Assembly: GCA_028534125.1 (NCBI GenBank)
Contig: CM052818.1
Location: forward strand, 43,898,001 to 43,962,000
Direction: 5' to 3'
DNA length: 64,000 bases
Source: Lama glama
Taxonomy: Eukaryota
Position numbers and translations under genes: made by a program. Positions 24,101 to 34,503 of the stretch are shown here, in pieces (the first letter of the stretch is position 1; the number at the start of each line of letters is the position of its first letter). The notes under the pieces were generated by a model. The model had not been told where the DNA came from and ran no database searches. It worked only from the letters and a program-made list of their open reading frames with translations.

Positions 24101-26049
24101 CTGCTCTGTCTTAAAGGGATGACCTCTGTCAAGCACAACAATGATACTGCACTTAAATCCACTTGCAGCCACACAGTAATTGGTGAGGGGCTGATTCAAT
24201 CTCTACAATAACTAAACCAGCAGATTTAAGTACAGTTTCAGGCCAGAGAGCAAGTCTACTAATGACACTGTAAGGTCAACCCAAAGTGAAATATGTCTTG
24301 AAAAATCTAAAGGGAGAAAGAAACGGCAGGGGCCAGAGTCACCTCTGCCTTTAAACAAAGAAATAACGGGCGAGATGCTCCTGCAGAATTTGGCGGCAGA
24401 GTTCCTTTACTTAAAAGCGTCTCCAGCCTTTGAAAAATATTAAAATGCGGCACTGAAGTTGAGCAAAAAGAGTGAAAACACTCACTGCTGGGTGACTGTG
24501 GCTATTTCATATGAGAGTGGCAGTTCTGTGGAATTCATTCATTTCAAAGGATGACTACCCTATTGTACAACGTTGTAGGTCTTCTGAGAATTCAATCCGG
24601 CTCTGAATAGCCTACTGAATTTTAGTTAACTGGGAAGAGCTGCTCTGAGTCTCAATAACTTGGAGAAGATGCAAAATACCAAATGCTCAGTACAAGCAGA
24701 GAGCAATATTTACAGAGTCTCTGATTCTCCCCTGAGGTCTGAACTGGACAATTGCAAAACCTTGGAGACCTTCACAAAATCCATTTTTCACAGTGCAATA
24801 CTCCAGTCCTCTATGAAAGAAAGCAAGTTCACAAAGCAGTCTGGGGTTGATGGTTAAAGTGTGATGCATTATTTGGAGCACAGCTGTGCAGAGTGCCCGT
24901 TTCAAAGACAACAGGGGTCCACACTCCTTACCACCTCCTCTCCCAGCACCCCCTCCCCCCCAAAAAAACCAACTGCGTGCAAATCTAAAATTAAGCGACA
25001 ATAAATTCTTGATCTATGTCCAATTCCTGGGTATGCTCTACCTATGTATGTATGTATATATATTTTATTTATTTATTTATTTTATTTATTTGCAACTATT
25101 CCCCGGCTCATCCCCTAATCCGGAGCCCTGTGGGCGCACGCACACAAAGACACACAGACACACTCAACAGACACAAACCAGTCCCTGTTCAGGGTCAAAG
25201 ACGAAAAGGAAACTGAAGTGCCCATCTCCGGATCAGCACTGTGGAACCCCACCCCCACCCCACACACACCCGAGGCTCCAAATGCTGGCCTCTAAACCGC
25301 ATTAGCAAAGGTGTGCGTGTGCGGAGGGGGCGGTGAGGGGGTTTCAAGCACGAAGGTCTGGAGATAAGAAACCGAGACAAGAGCAAACGACCCAAAGGAT
25401 TCACTATTTCCTACACCCAAAGGTGCGCCGGCGGCTTTGATTTCCACCCCCAGCCCTCCTTTCAAAGCTCCGGGCTGAAGAAAGCTCTTTGTAAACTCCT
25501 TCCCCGCGCTGGGCCCCTGGGCTCAGCCAGAGGGGACACCTTTGTGTGTCTCCTTTAAAGAACACTTACGGAACAAAGGTTCAACACCTGCACGCTGCTA
25601 GGAACAATGGCTGCAAAAGGAACCCAGTCATCAGTGCCTTAAAATTAGCGGGGGATTCCCTCCTCGACGTTGGCAGGGGAGGGGGCTAGACCGAGGGAGA
25701 CCCCCGCTGGCAGCGCGACCCCGCGGCGCGCAGAGGCGCTCCACGAGCCTCCGGGAGCACGCGTGGCCGTGGCCCCAGCGCAGTCCCGCCGCCCTCCCCG
25801 CCGCGGGCTCTCCCCAAAACGCCCCCGCCGCAGCCCGCCCCATTGTCTGCAACGCTCTAAAAACTTCGCAACTAGTCGAACATGAACAAATAAATAACCC
25901 CATTTAACGAGACCAAGGCTAATTATCCCGCGAATCTCCCTCCCCCGGACTGCAAGGCTGGGCGACCTTCCGCCCCCTCCGGCCCCCTCCAAAAGGCCGC
26001 GGAGCTTTTTAAAGGACAAAAAAGCAAAAGCCAAGCCCGGGCTCTTTAC
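21175..26049 (-). other. TRIB2: TRIB2 intron 1 (4875 nt, GT-AG, phase 0)
   Basis: Bounded by canonical splice sites that keep the reading frame. Confidence 0.95.
21290..21460 (+). mobile_element. MIR in intron 1, ~120 nt from the exon 2 acceptor
   Basis: aagtcacttgacctctctgagcctc...tgtaaaatgag...gttgggaggatta core. Confidence 0.7.
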
Positions 26050-26319
26050 CTTGCACACCAGCTCCTCTCCACTGTGCAGATGCACGGCACGAAAAACGTG
26101 GTCTCCCTCCAGAGGTTCCAACAATAAGTATTTCCCGATGCAAGAAACGCAATGCGACAAGTTCGGAGTCTCAGGCGGGCTCGGGGAGCCGAGGTTCGGG
26201 CTGAAACTCTGGCTGGGTTCGGCGGATCTTATAGACGACAACTCTTCGAAATCCTGGGTTTTGTTCCGCGATCTCCCATATCTTGCTATTGTGATGGGGG
26301 TAGACCTGTGTATGTTCAT
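26050..26319 (-). CDS. TRIB2: TRIB2 coding exon 1 (aa 1-90, [20 protein letters not shown]...GEELVCK)
   Basis: ATG at 26319-26317; translation matches the TRIB2 N-terminus as recalled, including the Ser/Pro-rich segment and beta3 Lys90; 270 nt ending AAG|GTAAAG donor (GT at 26049-26048), phase 0. Confidence 0.98.
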
Positions 26320-26942
26320 GAGTGTGAGGATCGCACTCGCCAAACAAAAAACCCGCTGGAGAGACGAGTCGCTGGCGAGTGCGGCTGCAGGCGCCTCCGG
26401 GTCACGGATTTTAAAAGGGAACGAGAGGGGAGGGGACGGGAAGGGGGCTACGTGGAGAAAGAGTTAGAAGCCCTCAAACGGGCGCCGCCGGGCACCTTGT
26501 CTGCTCCGAGCCCGGCTCCCGGGGGTCCTCGGTCGGCAGCAACTCGGGTCCTTTTGTTACCCCAAAGCAGCCAGCGATTTGCTGAATCTTCGTACTTTTA
26601 GTTTCTCTCTCTCTTTCCCTTTTTCCAACGTGGATCTAGACGAGTAACCAGATCGCTAAGGTGGGGAGCTGCAGCGCCGGGTCTCCCGAAGCGATCCCCA
26701 CGCAGGTTTCCCAATCGCAGACGGGGCGAAGGAGCCCTGCTGTAGTTTGTGTGCAGTCTCCGGGGAGCGCACGGCGGCTGCCTGGTCTCAGCGCGTTAGA
26801 AACCGAACAAAAAGAAAAAGGAAATAAGCACGGGTACCGGCTCGCGCCGCACCGCAGACAGAATCCGCGCTGCACCCCCTTTTTTGGTGGAAAGGGTGGG
26901 GGGCGTGGAAGGGGGGGTGCCGGAGAAAGTAATTACCTACGT

Positions 26943-27041
26943 TTAAACTGTAGATGGCGTCTGAGGCTTTTCCAAGATCGCAAGAGCTCTCCAAAATTTA
27001 AACAAACAGGCCAAAAAAAAAAAAAAATAGCAAGGGAGCAT
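26943..27041 (-). other. uORF of 32 aa, MLPCYFFFFLACLFKFWRALAILEKPQTPSTV
   Basis: taaATG at 27041 read manually to TAA 26945-26943; crosses a 15-U tract. Confidence 0.55.
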
Positions 27042-27154
27042 TTAACTTAGAGCGGTCAGCGCTGCCAACAAAAGACTGCAAAAGCTGGGCACGGAGTTGC
27101 GGGCCGGGCGCAGGTACCGCGACAAAGCCCAGGGCTTGGCCCTCCGGGCGGAGG

Positions 27155-27169
27155 TCAGCAGGGGCTCAT
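27155..27169 (-). other. uORF M-S-P-C-stop
   Basis: ggcATG AGC CCC TGC TGA within the 5' UTR. Confidence 0.65.
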
Positions 27170-27554
27170 GCCGTCGCCGCTCGCTCGCGCTCCAGATTGT
27201 CCTCCGAATAGAGAGAAGTGCGCGCAGGGACGAGGGTAGATCAATGGTCTCCGGTTTCCCCGGCGCAAGCTTCCGGGGGGGTCCTCCCGGCGCTGGAAGG
27301 GACTGCACCCCCAGCGAGTCAACCCGCGCCGTTCCTTTCTCGCTCGATAACTGGATCTTGCCTAGGAATAATTTGCAACCACTCCGTTTCCCCCTACCCT
27401 AAACCCAAATTGCCAGGCGGGGGTTGTTTTGGAGAAGATTGACGGCGTTTCTTCTTCTTCTTATATTTTTTTTCTTCCCCCACTCGGAGGTAAGAGGAAT
27501 GTGTATTTAAAATTGAAGGGGACGGCCGACGGTGCCCGAGGCCAATCCCCGAGC

Positions 27555-27569
27555 TCAGCACGCCCGCAT
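27555..27569 (-). other. uORF M-R-A-C-stop
   Basis: gagATG CGG GCG TGC TGA; only in the mRNA if the TSS lies above 27569. Confidence 0.5.
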
Positions 27570-27699
27570 CTCTCGGCGAGGCGGTATTAATAGTTACTTA
27601 CGTGGCCGGGGATCTCGGAGCGAGCCGGGCCGTGTGTGCGCGCGCGCGCCTCGCTCCCGCTCGGTCTCCCCATTCAATGTCACCGACATATTTCTACGG

Positions 27700-27950
27700 A
27701 GCCTCCGCCCCCCTTTCCCCGGCTCCGCGGCACCAGCGACTGGCTCAGCCCAGAGCCGGCCCCGCCCCGCCCCGGCCCGGGCCCCCCTCATTGAGCCCGG
27801 GGCCCATCAATCAGCCTTGCCGCTGCCAGTCCCCGGGCGGCTCCCTGCGCCCGCGGGCCCCTGCCACTGCCGCTGCGGCTGCGGCTCCCGGCCCGGGGCG
27901 CGGGCGCTAGCCTCCCCGCCCGCTGGCTGGGCCGGGGCGATGTAAACAAA
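27700..27950 (-). promoter_or_regulatory. Proximal promoter: GC boxes, PBX-HOX-type TGATTGATGG (27813-27804), forkhead GTAAACA (27942-27948)
   Basis: Tandem GGGGCGGGGC near 27760-27775 plus exact motif matches inside the CpG island. Confidence 0.6.
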
Positions 27951-29489
27951 GTGCAGCATCCATCCACGGCCCGGGGCTGGGGAGGGAGCGCACCCGCCGC
28001 GGGGAAGGAGAGCCCCGGCGCCGCCGCAGGTCGGACTGCGCGCCCTGCTGCAAGCGGCTGGGCAGGAGTCGCCGGGCCACAAGTACCCAAGCAGCTCCAG
28101 CGGTGCCTAATATACTCCTTGCTTCCCAGTTCATCTTCCTGCCACTTTTCCCCAGAAAGCCAGACATCCTCTGAGCATCAAGGCACCGCTGCTCAGATGC
28201 TGCACTCAGCGAGTAGCTCTCTGGAGAATACGCTCGCATCTGTGGTGCCGCAATGAGTTTCAAAAATTAGTTTCGTTATCTTTTCCCAACATTCTCCTCC
28301 CCTCATTTAAAAAGAAATCGATTGCTTGCTTTTTGTTGGTATCACCCTCCAGCTCCCGCCCCTCACCAACAATGTGAGTCGTTTCTGCGGAAGACGAACT
28401 GAAGACACTTTTTAACTCAGACCAAATTTAATCACTAATTCAGCGCGCCCAGAGGGCCTTGGCCCATTGAAAGACACCGCAGCACCCACACCTCCTGCAA
28501 GGCTCCGGGCCCCCAGCCGGAGTCCTCCTCCCTCAGCGCCCGCCTCCCAACACACACGTGGACCATAAAGACTTGCAGTACTGAGAATGTGGGGGCCATC
28601 GTTTTGCTCTGGTTATTCTCAGCTTCCGCAGGAGGTGCTGGTCCCCTGGATTAGGCAGAAACATACCAGGAAAGGGGCTTGAACTCAGGCAGAGGCCTTA
28701 ACTTAATGTATCCTGGTAAATCAAGCCAGCTGGTTGAGGGTTAAACTGAAAGGAAAAAAAAAAAAAAAGCCCAGAAACTGGGAGACTGGGAAAGAGGGGT
28801 CAGAAGACTCTTGAGGGCCTCTGAGCTTTTACGTGCATGTATGCATATTTTCCAGTGGGGGAGAGAAAGGGACCATATAATTTATTGCCCAAAGTGGGGC
28901 ACTTTTGAGTAAAAAAGAGAGCTCTGTGTAATTATGTCCACTCGAGCATATTTACAGTTCATAATGATGCACAAACAAGTTGCTCTAGTGATCATGAGTT
29001 CCTGGGAGGTTGGCCAGAGAGGACCTGGACCATTCAGCCGGCCACCACAGTGCCGCAGAATTTGAAAAGAAGGTGAAGTGGTCCCATGCCTCCTGGCACA
29101 TCTCACCATCCAATTTCTTGCAAAGCTGCCTAGGACTCAGTCCCTGACCTTCAGGGAACTCATCTGTCCCCTCAGGCCATCGCCGTGACTGCTGAGCAGG
29201 ATCCCTTAATCCGTCTTGTCCCATGAAGGCTCCTGTGCTGGTGCCCGTCTCAGGAACAGACCTGAGGCAGCGTCTGCTGCTGGATCAGAAAGAAAGTGCC
29301 AGGCTCCTCTGTTCAGTGGCCACCAACCTTATAACTAGGGGCAGGGAGGCCTTGTTCCAGCCCCATCTGGGCCTCTGATTTCAAATGAAAGTTGAATCAA
29401 GACGTTTTGTTTTTCCTCCCTACGTCCCCTTTCTTCAACTGTAAGATGAGAAGACTAACACCCGCCCTGCTCAGCTCACGTGATTGCTT

Positions 29490-29750
29490 TAGAATTATAT
29501 TTTTTCAATTCCAGGAAATCTACGAAGGTTTACTATAAGCCGGGCCCTGTGCTGGGTGTTAAGGATTCAAGTATGAGTCAGATTTGGTCTCTGCCACCCA
29601 GGAGCTGAGAGTCCAGCTTCAGAGAAACACATGGAAATACATCATTTCATTGTGTAACAGTGTGGCAATTAGATATCAAGGCATCAGGGGAGCGTAGAGG
29701 AAGAAACAGCTTTTCCTGGGCTTCAGGGAGCTTTCCCAGAAAGTGTGATT
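29490..29750 (-). mobile_element. L2 fragment
   Basis: tactataagccgggccctgtgctgggtg...tggtctctgccacccaggagctgagagtccag. Confidence 0.5.
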
Positions 29751-30828
29751 TTTTTTTTTGTTCACCTTGAATTAATCAGCAGCAAATAATATTAAAACCT
29801 ACTAGGCACCAGACACTGAGTATAGAGAGACAATGATTTTAAGAAATGTATTTCCTGTCTTTGTGGATCTTGAAAAAGTTCTGTGAGTCAGAAAATAACA
29901 TGAATAAGAGATTGTCATTGGCATTTCAGGCAGAGAGAAAAAAATGTGCAAAAGCAAAGGAGTGGGATGTTCTGAAATTCCTAGTAACTCCCCACGGCTC
30001 TGGGATTGGCAGCTTGGGAGCAGCGGCCAGGCACGTGGCCGGGAAAGGGTAATGGGATTAGAAAGCAAAGTGGCTGATAGACCAACCAGAGACCTTAGTG
30101 GTGGAAGAGCTGTAGAGTCAAGGTTGACATTAAATAGGGAAGGTGGCACAGTTGAGTGGGGTTTTAGAAGGATTACACTGATACTGGAGGTCATACGGAG
30201 TAAATATCAGTGGGCTTCTGGGAAGAGAGAGCCATTGCCTAGAGAGATGAGGAAAATTGCAAGTATACAGTGATGTGTAACTGATGCTCATACACAATTG
30301 ACAATACATTCATTACTTCCGATGAATCACACATTGGTCACAGTTCTACCCACTTTTGACCTTTGAAAACTACTGTAGGGCAGGATAAATTACATAATTT
30401 ATACCAAGTGTCTTAAACATTTTTATGTGTATTGACAATAATTCATCTCAGATTGAAAAACACATATAGTTGGAAGACATGTGTGGGAATCTTTATTCAT
30501 TCCCTTTTAACTATAAGACTAGATGAATTTAGAATATCTTAATTATAAAGTGGAATTCTAATCTGAATTTTAACTAACACATGAAAATTTTGTAGATACC
30601 TATAAAGCAACTAGCACAATGTCTTGCATATAACATAAAATTATTATTATTGGAATATGTTCACAGAAAGCAATCCAACATGTAGTAGTAATAATAATAA
30701 TAATAGATAAGATGCTTACAGTATCAATAAAATGTATGGGAGTCGTTAAATATACAGCTGTAGGCATGGTTAAATATAATTATGTAGCTATGATAAAAGA
30801 TTAAATGGCAATTGAAATAAGGATTATA

Positions 30829-30971
30829 GGAGGGGAGGCTAGAGCTCAGTGGTAGAGTGTGTGCTTAGCATGCACAAGGTCCTGGGTTCAATCCCCAGTA
30901 CCTCCATTAAAAAGAATAAATAAATAAGTGAAACTAATTACCTCCCCCCTCAAAAATTTAAAAGTAAAAAT
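30829..30971 (+). mobile_element. tRNA-Ala(AGC)-derived SINE, Vic-1-like (camelid)
   Basis: A box (agctcagtgg), anticodon arm gtgc-ttAGCat-gcac, B box GGTTCAATCC 30885-30894, A-rich tail; TSD aaataaggattata (30815-30828) / aaataaggataata (30972-30985). Confidence 0.85.
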
Positions 30972-33900
30972 AAATAAGGATAATATAATTACATGGAAAT
31001 ATTAACCAGTCCACTCTGTAGGACAGTCAGATTCAGGTGCCATACATCACTAGCCTGCTGTATACGCTTTCCAGAACATTCTCTATCTTGCAATGTATTT
31101 AACTATAGTTTAAACCACTTCATCACTCATTAGTTCATTCATTTAGCAAACATACAAACATACCTCTAAGTGTGAAGCCTTAAGGTAAGCGCTGTATTGG
31201 TTAATCAAATAAATGGTTTTGGAGAGCAGTTCCTAAGCCTACTGCATCCTTTGAAGACTGATAGATACCACAGGCGACAACATTCATCTTTCTTAAACAA
31301 CTTTTACAGCAAGTCATACCTAGGCTCAAAACTCTGTGACAAACTTCTAGGACAAATTGTAGAGAATGTCACCGCATGTTGATGTGCAGGCTGTGGACCA
31401 CACACATCCAGAACATTCCATTCCCCAGTGAGGTCGTTGTGAATGGCGCCCCTAGAGTTGTGCAAAACCCAATCTTCTAGACCATACGTGGAACGTTGGG
31501 GGCTAGAATTCAAGAACTTCCCAAGGACTTCACCTCCTAGTCTTCTTGGTTACATGCCCACGAGCTGTTCACCACTCTGTGGACTCCAGACTTCCGCCTC
31601 TATGCCTAAGACTTGAGTTAGACCCTCCTTGATATTTGATGCCTCTCTTTTTCCCTGAAATTACTCCTTTCCAAGGTGTCCCCTCCACGTTGCTCAACAA
31701 TTTTCAGCCTAAGTCATGTTTCCCAGTTCTCTTATTTGGCTTTATGGCTGCCTCAGGTTTTAAATGGTATAGTCAGCATCCAGGAGGCATGGGCGTGCTT
31801 GGTCAGTGATGAGGTGGTCTGTGCTGTTAACGCATGAGCTGCAATCCAGCTGCTCTGATAAGAGAATCAACAGATTTCTTAACATCAGAGTCAGTAAAAG
31901 TCACCAAGAAGATAAGTACTTCCAGTGACTCCTCTGTGTTGACTCTAGAAAGACTTTCTGTCCTTCCTGCGTGTAAGGAGGAAGAGGGAGATCCAGGGGA
32001 GAGGGTGCTGCAGCCACCAGAGATGCATTTGGCTAAGTTCACTGTGATCGTAAGATTCACACACCCTCATGATGGAGAGATGCATTTCCGGTGGGGACAT
32101 GGCCTGTGGCCCGCTTCCAAGCTTCATGTCATAAATTGCTCCATCATTTTGAGGATCTTCTCTGTTACTAACTTTAAAAATTGTGAAACATTAATCGTGT
32201 CTTTGAGTGCTACACGAGCACTTTCTTTCTCTCTGGTTCTTATACAACTTATCAAAATAGGTATTATTATCCCCACTTTGCAGATGAAAGAACCAGGACC
32301 CGGAGAATCGAATTCACTTTTTCCACGTCGCTCACTGCTCAGTGGCCATGCTGGTCACGTGTGTGTTGGTGAGTATATGCCTGTGTGTTGAGGAGAAAGG
32401 GGGCAGGGGGATGAATTTCCTCTGAAACAATATAATATTGACTGTGTCACGTTGCCAGTCATACTTTTTTACAGGTCTAACCCTCTGGCTTGAATGGCCC
32501 ACTTAAAATCCTTCTGTAACAGTGATTTCTTTTCTCAATCTTTTTTTTCCCAGACAGCTGGGGTTTGAAAAGTAGTTGTTTCTGTATAAGGAGATTTCTA
32601 GTAGTAGCTATTAAAAAGGTGACTTTGGGTTTGTGTATTTGTTTGACCTTGGCTAGGTAGGGGCTCTGTTTTTCTCTTTGGATAAATGGCCCACCAGTAA
32701 AAGTTTAGCGTATAAATGCAGCAGAAATAGCCATGTTGGAATCAGTTTCCCCCCCCCCCCCCGCCCCCAGGCCCTGGTGTTGTAGCTCTTCCTCCCATAC
32801 AGGAAAAGAGTTGTTGAGTGCTTACAAGTGAAATGAATACAGGAGAATTTTCATTGTTCTTGCTCTTAGAGGAGAGTGGGAAACCTAACATATGGGAATT
32901 TTCTGGGAACGGCCAAGTGTCTACCATGCTGTTGGGTATTCCTGAGCAGCTAACGAACAGAAATGAAAATGGGTGAAATGATCCAGCTAGTCTAGGACGT
33001 GCTACAAACTTACAGGTTACTTAGAGTGCTAGGTTCCTGTAAAAATGGGTTCAGTCTGAAGGGTGTTCTGGAAAATCTTGTATGTATTTCCATAAGTGGC
33101 ACATAGACCTCGTGGAAGGGGTCCCACCGCTCTGTCTCATGAGCTTTAGGCCCCCCATTGGCCCCATTTCGGGCCCCCCATGGCACTTCGATCCCTTGCC
33201 TTTCATGGAGTGGAGGTACCAGTACCTTCCTTACAAAGGGAATTGGCTGGATCGAATGATCATTTACGTCCCTCTTCAGCTTTTAAAAGCTAACCTTCAG
33301 TTTGAGAAAAACAAGCTTGTCAGCAGTAAACCAGTGTCTGAACAACGACGCATTGAGTTTTCGTCCCATTTGGGCCCCGACTTGGCCAATTAGCAACGTG
33401 GCCTCAGATGCCCCTGACTGCTCAGATTAAGGTCTATTAAGAATTCGTATGTGCAGTAGGTTTGCCAATTTGCAAAGCATTCTCATGTATGTGTCCCATT
33501 TAATCCTCACAATAGCGCCATAAAGGAGGTTCCATGACTAGCCTCAGTGGAAGAAACTGAGGCTCAAGGAAGGGAAATCACTACTCAGCGCAAAGCCAGT
33601 ACTTCTGATAGCAAAGCCTGTGTTCGCTGTGTGACATTGTGTCCTTCCCACACGGCCCCACCGCCGCCACGTCCTTGCTCCCTTGGTCCCCTTTCCTCAT
33701 CATTCTCTGTCTTCTCTCCATTTCCTTCTGTGTCCGCAGATCGTTTTAAATTTAAAACAGTTTGGGGGTCCTACATTGGGGCTTCCTGCATAGCATTTCA
33801 TTTGATGATTTCATCTGACAGTTGCAAATCAGGAAAGCATCTCCAAACAAAAAGGCAACATCTATAGAATAGTAGTTTCTGCCTCATGAGCCCTGGATCC

Positions 33901-34503
33901 CCCGGTGGGCTTAGAGCAGAGCGCATGCAGCATGGCGACTCACTGGCTTGCTTTCCGCCAGATGGCTAGCTCCTAGCAATTAACCCAATGCTTTAGAAAA
34001 TGTGTCCTGCTGTCCATGTGGACCTGAGCGGTGGTGTAAGATCTTGGATGTGTAAACTGAAGGGAGGCTGAAGAAATGAAGTCCTTTGTTCTAAATATGA
34101 GGTATGCATCAAGCCCCGGGCTTCCTTCTCTTCATCTGCATAATAAGAGAGCTTGCTAACAAATACGACTTTTAGAGTATTTTGCTACAGGGAAGTAAGC
34201 CGCTTTCCAAACCACACAGTTGCTCAGTGACCACAGAGCTTGACCCCTGACAGCCTCAGGAACCGCACCTAGAGAACAGTTAAATACAAAAGTCAACTAG
34301 CCATCACCCAAGAGGTTGAGAAAATGTCTATTGAGCACTTACCTCGGGGTTCCGTGGCTCTGTGACCTTAGGTCAATTACAGAATATCCTGAAACCTTAG
34401 CTTCTGGTTCTTTAAAATGGCACCGTCATAGCACAGACCTTATAGAGTTGTCGTGAGGACTGTGGACGTGTAGGCACAGTGAGGGTTAGCCCTGACCGCA
34501 GTG

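Larger units (their letters stand above)
26320..27690 (-). other. TRIB2: TRIB2 long 5' UTR (exon 1 non-coding part; TSS uncertain, ~27560-27720)
   Basis: Continuous GC-rich, repeat-free sequence from the ATG up to the GC-box cluster; TRIB2 is known to have a >1 kb leader; exact TSS cannot be read from sequence. Confidence 0.6.
25640..28080. promoter_or_regulatory. CpG island over TRIB2 promoter, exon 1 and start of intron 1
   Basis: Very high GC and CpG density compared with the flanks. Confidence 0.9.

Noticed and set aside
25645..26049. C-terminal part of the 232-aa ORF in the track
   Set aside because: Read-through into intron 1 past the AAG|GTAAAG donor; low-complexity GC-rich translation.
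26320..26343. In-frame TTG start adding 8 residues
   Set aside because: Near-cognate codon with T at -3; the recognised TRIB2 N-terminus begins at MNIHRS.
30829..30905. tRNA-Ala gene
   Set aside because: Mutated A box, no oligo-T terminator, A-rich tail and TSD indicate a SINE.
31834..32391. 185-aa ORF
   Set aside because: No recognisable domain or splice context; its 3' part runs through a MIR.
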